The notes under the pieces were generated by a model. It was given only the letters and a program-made list of their open reading frames with translations, did no database searches and was not told the origin of the DNA. The translations under genes were made by a program, and so were the position numbers. Below are positions 30,901 through 42,551 of a DNA stretch of 64,000 nt, piece by piece. The first letter of the stretch is position 1. The number at the start of each line of letters is the position of its first letter. Source of the stretch: Monocercomonoides exilis PA203 (Eukaryota > Protista > Preaxostyla); the NCBI GenBank assembly GCA_001643675.2, contig LSRY02000061.1, forward strand, positions 186,001 to 250,000, in the 5' to 3' direction.

Positions 30901-33072
30901 ACAAAAGGAAAATTGATGAAATTGGAGAATTGTTTGGATGTGAAAATGGACAGCTGCGTTTTTGATGGAAGTGAAAAGGAAAGAAATGAGCAATATTTGA
31001 ATTCAGGAGAAGAGTTGTGCAGATGGGGTGGATCTGTCGTGGATGTTGTGAAGAGTTCTGTGATGATGAAAGACACAACAATATCGAATTCACCAGAAGG
31101 TGGAATAACAATTAGTGGAGGAAATGTGATAATTGAGAAAGGAGAGTTTTTGGACAACAATCCTTTCATCGAAAAATATCCCTCCCTTCATCGCAACATC
31201 ATCTGTTCAGATTCAGGAATATTGAATGTTTTGAGTTTGAAAGGAGGAGATGGATTGAAGGATAATTCTTCTCTGTGGATACTGAATGAAGGATGCACAT
31301 TGGGAGGGATTGCTTCAGAGAGGGATTCATCATTCTTCATCCCTGTGTTGGAGAGTGTGTCAAGCGAGGAAGATGAAGGAGAGATAAAGCTGACGTTCAC
31401 TGGGTCTCTGCTTCTGCCATGCAACTTGTCATTCGAGTTAATATCGAAAGTGGGAGATGTGGATGTGATTGACAGATACACGTTTTGTTCAGATGAGCAT
31501 GTGAATGAGAGCAGTGCAGTTGGAAGGATTCCGTCAAGTGTGGTGAAATCGGCTGCAGAGGAAGCAGAGGTGTCGGTGTGCATCTTGTTTGGCAAGGCAG
31601 ACTCTCCTTCGTCAACACAATCTTTCATTCTTAAGAACAGAAGCGAGCCCAAGGCTAATGGAGATGAAAGGATTGTTGAAGGAGGAAAAGAAGGGAAATT
31701 ATCTTGGGCTTTTATAATTGCAATAATATTTGTTGTTTTGTTTTTGATTGTTCTTTTCGTTGCAATTGCCTTTATTGTTCGTTGGAAAAAGCAAAAGAGA
31801 AGAACAAAAGAGCTGGAAGTGATTGTGGAAGACACCGTGAAGAAGGATCCAAAAGCATTTGAGATGGTGACGATGGAGATGTCACCTGAGGAGCAGTGGA
31901 GGAGAGCAGAGAGAGAAGCTGAAAAGAAGAATGAAGAAAACATGAAGAAGAGGGCGTATGACAAGACATTGGGACATTCTGAGTCATCTGAGCATTTGTT
32001 GAGTGAGAGTGGATCGACTGAATATATTCTGGGGAAGGACTCAGACAAGATCCCTCAATGGGTGCTGGAGAAAGATGAAGAAGAAGAGATAAGGAAGAGA
32101 ACACCATCTCCATCCGTCTCATCCACTTCAACCACAGACACTTCAGATACAGACACAACATTTGTTCGAGGGGAGGACCTGTGCCCAACAACATCATCGA
32201 TGTCGAATCTTGTCGATGCCATGGCCTGTTCATCACCTCATGAGAAGCTGATTGTGGATTTGAGGGATTCTTTGTTCATGCTGCTTCATGGAAAGAATAA
32301 GACAAAGGAAATGGAGATTGGCACCCTGCAGGAGAGGGAGATGACAGCTGCCCAAATCCTATTCTGGGTTGCGAATGGAGCACTCCATTCATTTGATGAA
32401 ATGGAAAACCCGCTTCAGTCATTGGACAATCTGAGTTCTCATATTGTTCTTTTCTCTGAGCACATGGTCATCTGCCTTGCGATGCACTCTGGCTATTCTT
32501 CTGATGATTCAGATTCCTCCTCAACTTCCTCGTCCTCCACCATTGCTACATCATCATCTGACATTTCGTTGATGAGCGAGAGATTCACAGACTCACCTCC
32601 GCCCTCATCTGCCTTTGAGGACGAGCTTGACAATAGAGATGAGTGTTTGAGATGGAAGGCGCCAGAACTGTTGAATGGACAAAAGAAGCACGCAACGAAG
32701 AAGACGATTGTGTTCTCGATTGGGATGATGCTGTGGGAGTGTCTGACGCTTCAGGTTCCATTTGGGGAGTATGAGGCAGAGGTGGCTGGACAGAAGATTA
32801 TGAATGGTGCAAGGCCAGAAATTGAATCGATTCAAAACTCCAAACTGGCAAATCTTGTGAAGAGCACGCTTTCGTCAACAGTGTCAGACAGACCATCTCT
32901 TGCGTTTCTCAAAAGCGAATACATCCGACTTTTCCCTCAAAACGCATCCAGATTCACAGTTTCTGATGCAATAAACTTGATGGTTGAGTCGAATTGCAGC
33001 GAATACAACAATGGTAGCTGCTCGACAAAGAAAGCCAGCAGGACCACAAATCAAACATTGTTTGAGCAGTAG
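24938..33072 (+). CDS. Giant receptor-like protein paralogous to 9188..21109 (4 ectodomain modules, TM, pseudokinase C-lobe); reading frame broken by a -1 shift at ~25312-25349
   Basis: The signal-peptide-like start MMSGMCLLVISICVHCTLNYA at ATG 24938 lies in ORF 24875..25351, while the body is ORF 25342..33072 in another frame. Four CG..C motifs. Membrane-proximal block KGGDGLKDNSSLWILNEGCTL..FFIP.LE..GSLLLPCNLSF is highly similar to the paralogue. TM WAFIIAIIFVVLFLIVLFVAIAFIV. RWKAPELL..IVFSIGMMLWECLTLQVPF..DRPSL. Confidence 0.85.
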
Positions 33073-33865
33073 AAATCAGTTAGGAAACTTCATTAAATGA
33101 TATTTTTGTTTCAATGCCAAAAATTCAAGAGAAGTATCGTAATTGGAAATGCCGACTCAAGTGAATTGAAAGAACTTTGGCATTCTGTTATCTTAATTTG
33201 CAAAAAGAAAATGATGAAGCTGTGATAACTTCATTGAGCATGAATCAGAATTAATCGCGATCAGGATATGCAACGTTATGCATTTGTTAATGTTTCTAAT
33301 TTAAAAAAGAAAATAAGCTTGATTGAAATAATAGCTGAATTCAAGTTTATTTCTATTATGTAATTTGAACACTTATGTTTGTTTTGTTTTGTTTTTGAGA
33401 AGGCAGAATGGTTTTTGCAGAAGAATCGACATTCTCAACGGCAGAATGTGTTTTTTCTGTAAAATATGTTTTTTGTCTTTTCCTCTCCAAGGAGAAGTTT
33501 TTTTGTGTGTTTGTATGTATATTCATTTATTAATATGTATTTTTTCAAACAAACCTATTTCTTTATGATTGAGTTGCATGACATGCAATGATTCATCAAA
33601 GCATTCTGGTTATGTATTTATAAAAGAGTATGTATTTTATTCTCCTTTGCTACTCTTTGATGTGACGTATTGTCAGTAACATATGTGTATGTTATTTGTT
33701 CTTCTTATGTTATGAATCATTATCACAAATGCAGTTTATATCAATATTTGATTAGCCAAATATGGATAACTATTCTCTATCACTTCATTCTTTTCAAAAT
33801 CAATAACTACACTATTTCCTCATCAATTTCGAATCTTGCATTTGTTTATCACCACGAGCGAATCT

Positions 33866-33969
33866 GGAATAAGGGTATGATATATGAGTTCTCAAAACAC
33901 ATCAAAACATATTTATTTGTAATTAATATGATAATTAATCATAATTATTCATGTTTATAATCATCGGAA
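33866..33969 (+). repeat. Left terminal inverted repeat of the Merlin-like element
   Basis: GGAATAAGGGTATGATATATGAGTTCTCAAAAC...ATCATCGGAA. Confidence 0.88.
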
Positions 33970-34054
33970 ATGCATCATTATGAATTAATAATTTTTTTCA
34001 AAAAAGGGACAATTTCAAGTTGCCATGGGTTGTGATCAAAATAGATAAATTGAA

Positions 34055-35101
34055 ATGGCAATGATGGATCTTCAGATAACAAAGATTCATCAGCTGGATA
34101 TTGTTTTCACAGACGAAGACGGAACGTGGTGGTGGTAAAACGAAAATGTTTTCAAAAACGAAGCGAAAATTTGTGTATGTTGCAGAAGAAAAAATGTTTG
34201 TTCTAAAAGGTGAAAAGTTGAACGGATATTTGCACTGCCCAAAATGCAATAGAAACAAATCTGCATATGATAACACAATTTTCTCTTGGAACAAATTGAG
34301 ATTTGGTGAAAGTTAAAGAATCAATTTATGGAATTGAAAGGGGACATATATCAAGTTCATTTCGAAAATGCTGGAAGTGAATCGGAAAACTGTTGGATTT
34401 TGGTGTTGCATCGTCAGAGTTTCTTGAATAGAAATTTGGAATTCCCATCAAAACGTAATAGAAGGAGAAGAGAAAGTGGAAACATTGATGAGGCTGTGTG
34501 GAGGAGAAGAAAAAACAAGAAGGGAAGAATAAAAGAATAAATATGGAAAATTGGTGTAGTTAAGAGGTTGGAGGGATGTGGAGCTGGTCCAAGTTGTGTG
34601 TGAGTTGTGCCTGACAGAAAAAGGGAAACTCTTCTTTCCATCATGAAAGAAACAATTCGAAGCAGTTCAACAATTATGAACATCGAGTGGAAAGCATTCT
34701 CCACTTTGGATCAATATGATTACACTCACAAAACTGTCTGCCATAAAAGACATTTTGTTGACCTTGTTTCAGGTGCATATGCCAGTACGATAGAGGGATT
34801 GTGGGGTGCATTGCGCAAATTAGTCCATCAGAATGGAGTGAGAAAATCATTGATTGCAGATCATTTGAGAATGTTTCTGTTGAAAAATTCTATGAAATTT
34901 CAATTCCAAGATATTTCACATTCTATCGTTAAGGATAAAACAGTAGAAAAACCAGAAGAAGATCTTGATGAAGAGGGAGGAGAAGAAGAAGATTCCGAAA
35001 TCCCTCAAATTGAAGATATTTTGGGAGATGAAGAAACCGAGGAAGAATCGTCAGGGCTCGAGACAGAAAAAGAAAAACTTCAGATTATGAATCATAATTG
35101 A
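34055..35101 (+). pseudogene. ISXO2/Merlin-like DDE transposase pseudogene
   Basis: Stitching frames gives a zinc ribbon CVCCRRK/MFVLKGEKLNGYLHCPKC, then SAYDNTIFSWNKL, IDEAVWRRRKNKKGR..*IWKIG, V*VVPDRKRETLLSIMKETIRSSSTIMNIEWKAFSTL..YTHKTVCHKRHFVDLVSGAYASTIEGLWGALRK. This follows the ISXO2 pattern (EIDE, VPDR, TDxWxxY, HxTVNH, TNTIE.LW). There are several stops and frameshifts, and the second catalytic Asp appears lost. Confidence 0.9.
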
Positions 35102-35145
35102 TTTTTTAATTTTTTTCTCATTTTTTATTTTTTATCCACACATAC

Positions 35146-35249
35146 TTCCGATGATAAAAAGCATGAGAAATGATGATTAATAATCATATTTAAAATAAAT
35201 AAATAAGTTTCAAGATGTTTTGAAAACTCGTACATCATACCCATATGCC
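35146..35249 (-). repeat. Right terminal inverted repeat of the Merlin-like element
   Basis: Reverse complement reads GGCATATGGGTATGATGTACGAGTTTTCAAAAC...ATCATCGGAA. Confidence 0.88.
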
Positions 35250-35391
35250 ACAATATTCTTCTTTGAATGTGATGCTCAAAAAATAAAAATGAACTGCTAA
35301 TTCAACATTTTTTCTACAAGAATATATATTTATGGGACAGCAAAACAAAAGAAAATCAGATATCTTTGCTATTTAGCTGCGCCATTGTTTT

Positions 35392-38300
35392 ATGAATGCT
35401 GCATCCTCATGCAGAGATGGAATGGTATCGCGCTTATTTGATGCCTTTGTGCATGTGTCGTTTGCAGACTGCCAGCCGATGAAAGAATCACTTTTGCAAG
35501 CAGGACCCGCACCAGGTGGGAAAGAGTCAATTGTAGATGAGCACAGAGAACTACATGAAATGTGTTGGTGGGATTGGAAGCCATCTGTGCTGTATGGGTT
35601 TGAAGCCAACAAGCGGACCAATTTAGCATCAATTTGCGAGTTTTGCTTCCCCGAGCGAAGGTCTTGCTTGACGCGCAAATTCCAACCAAAGTGTGCATTG
35701 CCATTTTGTGTTGCATGAACTTTAAAGATTTATCCTGCGAATTCTCTTTCTTTCTTTTTTTTCTTTCATTTTTTCAATTTCTCCAATATTTTTTGCTTGT
35801 GTCTTTGAGCAGTGACCGGTTTGTATTCTGCTTGACGAACGAGGAAGATGAGAAGCAGTATGGATTTTGTCTTCGCTTTTCTCTGTCGGAGCAGCGCCCG
35901 CCAGAGTGCCTGTGCCTTGTGACGGAGTATATGTGGGAAGAGCCGATGTTCCAGCTGCTGTCGCGTCTTCAGTCGCTTTATCTGGGGTCTGATCTCTTTT
36001 GCCGTGCAGCGTTACCTACGTCTGCAGAACTGTCTGTGCTGTACGGAGCGGTGCTGGAGGATGTGGCAGCCAGCTGCGCTTGGGCTGGAGGAGAGCAGGT
36101 TGTTGGATTGAAGCTTCCTGTCCAGTCGTCGAAAGCATTGTCGAACTGCAGAGGCACATCGAGGCTTGAAAGGAGCTGGAGGGAGATTCCGAGCATGCCA
36201 TTTCTGGAGGTGAACGAAGTGGACGTGGAGTGGATTGTGACGCAAGTTCCGGCGAGCTGTGTGGTGCAGCTGCATTTGTGGATGCTGGCAGAAGGGTCTG
36301 TTCTTGTTGTATCGTCTTCTGCGGCAAAGACACCGCTTTGTGCAGCGAGTGCAGCAGCAACAGCGCTGCGGAGTCTTCTGTGTCCGCTGCGATGGAAAGG
36401 GGTGTTCATCCCTGTTCTGCCCGATGGGCTGCACGGGATGGTCGGGGCACCTGTGCCGTATGTGATTGGGATGCTGGACAGCAGCCTGAGCGGCAGAGAG
36501 GTGCTTGTGGGCGACAGCGTGGCAATTCTGTGGCTCGAAGGACGGACGGTGCTGTGGCCGTCAGCTGCACACTCCAAGCAAGGAATGGCTGGTGCAGCAG
36601 AGTCAGCGAGGCAGCTGGGAAAGCAGAGGCTGATGAGACAGACAAGCCTGTCTGGGCAGAACTCGTCGCCGCAGCTGGACGATCGCGCTCTGCTGTCGTC
36701 TTCTGTCATCCGCACGCTGCTTGCCTCAACCCGCTTCACACTCTCTGCGCCGCCACTTGTCACTGTCTCGTTTCCAGCGCTGGACAGACTTTGCGAAGCG
36801 CTTCGTGGAATAGCCGGGGAGCTGCAGCTGATCAACTCTCGCTCGCTCAACACCTCGCGAAAGATGCACTCTCAGCTGCCTGCACATTCTCCTTCTCCAC
36901 TGCCTTTTTCCTCATCCAATGCACATCTACCTCATTCACCATCTCCAGGCACACGAACTGGGGCAGTGGATTCTCCTTCACCTGAACCTGCTCTTTTGTC
37001 TGCATCTGCATCCACGTTGTTGAGAAGTGATGTGTCTGAGATGCACATCTCAAATGCCGAGAAGTTACCATCATCGATGCAATGTGTGGAGTTATCTTCA
37101 ACTAATTCTGCTTCTGTTGATGCTTCTCTTCTGTCTTCCCGTGAAATGGCCTGCCAGCCAAATGACAGTTCAGCAGTGAAATTTTCTGATGCTTGGCAAC
37201 AATCACCCAAGAGATCTCCTTCTGCTTTGTCTTCTTCGTCTTTTGCACAACCTCCAAAAGCTGAGAATGTGCCTGGTGAAAGGTCCAGCTCAAAAAGAGA
37301 AAAGAATTCACGCGAAACTGCTGAAGGCAGAAGTCAGAGTGAAAAGTCTGCTTTGATGCAGGAAGAAAACAGAAGAGACGAAAAGGATGAGGCCGCGAAG
37401 GACAATGAGAGAAATTCAGAAGAGCCAAACGAAGCAAAAAACAACAAGATTTCAGTTCGTTTTATGAAACAGACAGAAGAGCGAACAACCGAGCAGAAGA
37501 AAACGGACACAACAGCCGATTTGAGCAGAAGGATGGAAACGAAGCCAAATCGCTCTATTTGTTCATTTTTGAGGCAGGCTGAACGAGTGAAGTGGCTGCA
37601 GCGGTGCATCTTCTATCACTTCTTCTCGTTCCACGCTTTTCTTCTGATGCCTTCTGTTGGCGCTGCGAAGGGAAAACAGGCAGAAACACCAGGACAAAAC
37701 ACAAGGCAAAGCGAAGGCATTGCAAATGGAGCAGAAAATGAGATGAAGAATAGAAGCGTTCGATGCAGAGGCATTTCTGAATGTGTGCTGACAGAATTCA
37801 AAAAATGCAATTCTCATTGTCACAACGTGGGGAGTGACAGAAGTTGCCCAACAGACTTTGGAGAAGAAGAGCAGCTAAATGGTGAATGGGAGAGGGAGAT
37901 GCATTCAGTTCTGGATGAGTTTGGGTGCAGGCACAGCACACAGTTCTTCAGTGGCTGGAGAGGCATTTGCAGACAGCACAGTCGGTTGGGCAGGAGATGG
38001 AGTGCGTGCAGTGCGAGTGTGTTGGACGAGCTGCCGTGCAAGCGCGTGCTGATGCCGACATTTGGAGCAGCGAGACGGAGCAGAGCAAAGCTGAAGGAGC
38101 TTCGAGAGAGGAGGAGGAGAAAGGGAGAGGGAAAAGGAGGAGTGAAGGGGAAAAGTGCAGGTGCGAAAGAGAAGTGGCGAGTGGCTGTGAATGAAGAGAG
38201 ATATGTTGCAGCACTTCTGAAGAACTGCAGCATTCAGCTGCCATCCCCTTCGCCATCTCCTGCTTCATCTCCTTCATCATCTCTATTCCTTTCGCCTTCT

Positions 38301-41300
38301 CCCTCAGCAGCTCCCTCAGCATTGTCGATGTCTGACGAGTTGCGTGTGTCTCCGCTGTGCTCGTCGCCTTCTGCGCTGCGATGCTTTTTAGAGGCATTTG
38401 TGTCGACGAGTCTGTTTCGGGATGCAGTCGACACAGTCGTTCGCCTCCGAAAAAAAGCAGCTGAAGAAGAAGAGAAAGAAGAGAAAGAAGAGAAACAGAA
38501 AGAGAAAGAGAAACTTGGAAAGATAAGCTCTGCCAGACATACTCCAATCACAAAAGATTGCTCTGCATTGGATGCGTTGGGTGTTCTGAAAGACGATGCA
38601 GATGAGCAACAAGAGAATGAACCAGCTGAGCTGATCAGTGCAAATGCAGCAGAAAGCAGACGTGACAGGCAATTGGACCGAATGGCATCTGCAGACGAAC
38701 CAACTGAAGAAGCAAAGAAAGACAACAAAAAGAAGAGAAGAAGCCATTCGGTGGATGTGGCTGAGCTGAGCGCTGCTGAGAAGCAGAGGCAGGGTGGCAC
38801 AGCGATGCTGCCTGAGGAAGGCAGGGCGGGTGCTGCTGTGTGGTGTGGGTGTGCTGAGGATGTTGTGCTCAGCGAATACGAACTGGCAGACTTTGTGGAC
38901 GAGGAGATTGTCTTCCTCAACGCCATCTGCCACCACAGCAGCACCAAAAAGGCACATCCAAAGCGGAGGAAAGAGCAGACGCAGAGTCAGTCACAAATCG
39001 TGTTTTCGTGCTGCAATTCAACAGATCCTCATTCGCTCTCGCTTTCCTTCGCCCTTCCGCTCGCACAAACTTCGTCTTCTCGTGCTTCACCTCCGTCTTC
39101 GCTGTGCCCTCCCGCCAGATCAGCTGGCACTCCGCCGCACCTCCTCCAGTCTTCCTCTTCTTCGCCATCGCTTTTGCCGAAAGGAATGCCGTCGTCTTCG
39201 CCGCTTCATTTTCAGCAGCAAAAGGCAGATGAACCGTCTCATTCTGAATGGCTTGACTTGGGCGCATTGGATTCAGACACTGCAAAGTCTGCTTCATTGG
39301 CCAACAAAAACAGCATTTTTGCTTCTTCTTTTTCTTCTTTGCCAACGATCAATTCATCTTCATCCATTCACTCACAAACAAAACAGCTGAAACAAGATCA
39401 ATCATCCTCATCACATCGTCCACCACATCGTCCATCTCCTTCGTCATCTCCTCTTCCACCTTCTCTTCCGTCTCCTCCGCCGCGTTCTTCTGCTCGTCCT
39501 CCTCCGCCACCTCGTGTGCTGCCTGCTCAGATGCAGCCACCGTTTGTGTCGCATCTCTTTGCGATGTTTGCTACTGGGCGCATCGACCACCATCCGCTGC
39601 ATCTTCCACAGCCATCCGCTCGCAGAGCAGCAGGCAGCGTGTCTGGGAAGAGCGAAGAGAGCACACCGAAGACAGACAAAGCAGCAGGTGCAGATGCAAG
39701 TGCAGATGATGCGACTGCTGTTCTCCTCCATCCCCATCCACATCGCGTGGCACCACCACCCACACCTCCTCCTCTGCAGCACTCGCACACAGCTGCTGGC
39801 AACACGCACAGCAGCAGCAGAGCACATTTGGCAGCATGTGCAAGCAGCTCTGACTTGAGTGTGCTGTCGGGTGGTGGCAATGCCCCGCCATTCCATTCGG
39901 CAAGCTCCTCTGCTTCAAGTTTTGGGAAGAGCGATCTGTCGCAGTCCAGCCAGCACCATGCAAAGTCGGCATCGCTCTCGTTTGCTGCCTTCAAGTCGTC
40001 ATTTGCATCGTCGCTGGCGTCGCTGAAGGAGATTCTGACTTCGCCGAGTTCTTCCACTCCAAACAGCATTGACACTCCAGCAGCTCATTCACAGTCATCT
40101 TCATATCGCTCATCTCACTCAACTGCATTTCAGTCAGCTCACCATCATCCTCCCTCTCCTTCTCCTTCGCCTTCTCCCTCTCCTTCCCCATCTCCTTCAC
40201 ATTCACAAGCTCGTCTGCGCCCACTTCATTCTGCGCCACCTCCACCGCCTCCTCCTCCTCCTCCTCCTCCACCTCCTCCTCCACGTCGCCCATCTTCCAC
40301 TCCAATCTCTCAGCCAGCGATGCACACTCGCTCGCTGACTGAGCTGCCTCATTCGTCGTCGTGTCTGCTGCAGTCAGTCCGAACAGCCACTCTGGCACCT
40401 TCATCTCCCTCGCCTTCTCCAAAGATATCTTCACCATCTTCACCATCCTCTCCCTCTCGTTGTGCTTCACAGCCAACTTTACCCCCTCCGCCTTATCGTC
40501 CAGCAGGAATGAAGAGCAACCAGATGAAGAAGATAGGATCGCTGCTCAAAATAACACAAACAGCAAACGATTCAGCTGGAGTGTCTTCGACAGACAGAAC
40601 AACGTGGAATGAAAGAGAGAGAAATACAGACACACAAATGCAATCAGATGGGAAGCAGAACGCATTTCCAAGCGAAACAGAAACTGGTCTGAATGAAAGC
40701 GATTCGAGAATCAGTGAAGATGCAGCCGCATCTTCTTCTTTTGTATCTTCTTTTTCTCCATCAACACTTTCGCTGGAGGGTTTTGCTGGAGGAGATGATG
40801 GCAGCTGCACGTCTGATTCGATGGGAGAAGGAAACGAGCAAAGAAAAGAAGAAAGAGAAACATCAGAGCAGACGATGGGGGAGCCACCAGATGAATGCTT
40901 TGAGACAAACAACAAAACACTTTCTGCAGAAGAAGAACAGCAGACTTTGAAGGAGCAAGCATTGTCTTGTGAAGAAGAACTGAATGAAGAGAAAGCAGAT
41001 GGTGCAGACACAAAAGCAACTGACTTGCATCAAACAGACAGCACACATTCACAGAATGAAGAATTGGCAAATGATGAAGGCGAAGAAGGAACAAATCAAC
41101 TGATTTGCCCTTCACGGTTTAATTCAGAAGATGGGAACGAGTTGCATTTACCGCATTCTTCAAGCGCACAACAAAAGGAGAGACCCACCGCCCAGCCAGC
41201 AGAGCAAATATTGTCTACGCTTGATGCACAGGAAAGCGCGATTGAACAGTCTTATTCTCCAGAAAGTGTGTCAGAAGCTGAAGCAACAACTTTGCCGAAT

Positions 41301-41495
41301 CAAACACTCAACGATTGCTCTTTCAGCATCTTTGAACATTCTCCGCTTTCTCTTTCTTTTGATTTGGCAAATGGCTCAGCTGAGAGAGAGGATGAAGAAC
41401 TTGTTTGTGGTGCGGCACAGACAATTGTGTCATCTGCTGAAAGAGCTGAGTGGTTGTCGCCACAATCATTTTCGATTGAAAGCGAGGTGGAGTGA
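35392..41495 (+). CDS. DENN-domain protein (putative Rab GEF) with long Ser/Pro-rich and acidic tail; intron 35691..35812
   Basis: Exon 1 (ORF 35392: RLFDAFVHV..ICEFCFPE) joins in phase through a 122-nt GTGTGC..CAG intron to DRFVFCLTNE..QYGFCLRF (uDENN). cDENN motifs CLCLVT, MLAEGSVLVVSS and LLCPLRWKGVFIPVLP..GAPVPYVIG follow. dDENN-like FLEAFVSTSLFRD lies far downstream. The start codon could instead be 35417 or 35422. Confidence 0.88.
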
Positions 41496-42551
41496 TTGGA
41501 TTGATCGAATACGCATCGGAAAGAGTTCCTTTTTTGCAATGTGCAGCAGGTGAACTATTCTGTTTTTGTTCTCATTTTCTTTCATTGTTTTACGTGTTTC
41601 GAATAAAAAAAAGAGGAACAAAAAAATACACTTCTTTTTTGGGAAAAAATTCAGTTTGAGTTTGATGCAAACAATATCAAAGAAATTCTCCATCTTTTCT
41701 TCCAAAGAGCCAAATGAAAGATAATTCACTGTCTTGAATCAAATATTAAAATCAACTCTTTCATTTGCCAAAACAAATGAAGTGAATCTCAACTGAAACT
41801 CTGAACAAAAGCCATAAACAGTGTTTAACAGAGAGAAAAGCAGAGTAATCTCAAAGCCAATTTGTTGTTCTTCCACATCTTCCCTGACAACTTGTTATTA
41901 TCAATTGCAAGCCTAGCGATATGAGAAACATAGAAAAGATTTAATTCCTGAAAATGCGCACAACTCTTCAAACAATTTTTCTGTTCAACATGTCGAATAG
42001 CTCATTTTCGTTTAAGTTTCAGTTAGTGCTAAACAAATGTTCGTTGGAGAAGTTATGAAAGGAAAAAGAATGAGATGTAATGTTTAGGACTTTTTTTGAA
42101 CGAACTTTAGAAATTTCTTGTTATCGACTGCTTTGCTTGTTTTGGAATTGCTAAAATGGGTATAAACTCGAGAAACTCATTCTTTTTTGAATCGAATTGA
42201 TATGTCATTTCTGCATGGATGCTTGTAGGTTTTCAAACATTTTTTTGACGAAAAACAGAAAAAGAAAAGATGATAGAACAGGTGACAAATAGCCAACATA
42301 GAAAAACAATTCTGAACATGATTAAGTATCTAGAATTGTTCAAAAAAACCAAACTCTCTTGTATGCTCACTTTTGTATCTTTGAATTTGAATTGATTGTC
42401 TATTGTTATCCATAATTTGTGGAGCTCTACTCTCCTTTTGAATCACTTTGCAGATACATGAATGAAGAATGATACTCAAGGAAAAAAAGATTAAATATTT
42501 CAATACTATTATCAGCATGTTGGGCTTTCTATTATGGAAAAAATAGCTTTT

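Larger units (their letters stand above)
33866..35249 (+). mobile_element. Decayed Merlin / IS1595(ISXO2)-type DNA transposon, 1384 bp, with 104-bp imperfect TIRs
   Basis: 33866..33969 aligns without gaps to the reverse complement of 35146..35249 (83/104 identical by hand count). Both ends start with GG. The repeats enclose a fragmented DDE transposase. Confidence 0.9.

Noticed and set aside
34130-34610. In-frame TAA/TGA in the transposase suggesting stop-codon reassignment (TAR=Gln occurs in some oxymonads)
   Set aside because: Host genes in the window end in TAA, TAG and TGA, and multi-kb ORFs contain no in-frame TAR. The element also has frameshifts, so these stops are decay.
33858-35257. 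Target-site duplication of the Merlin-like element
   Set aside because: The flanking 8-mers GCGAATCT and ACAATATT match at only 3 of 8 positions, so no TSD can be claimed.
35634-35812. Hydrophobic N-terminus of the 1953-aa ORF suggesting a membrane-anchored DENN protein
   Set aside because: It is read-through of the T-rich intron 35691..35812. The true exon 1 is in a different frame.
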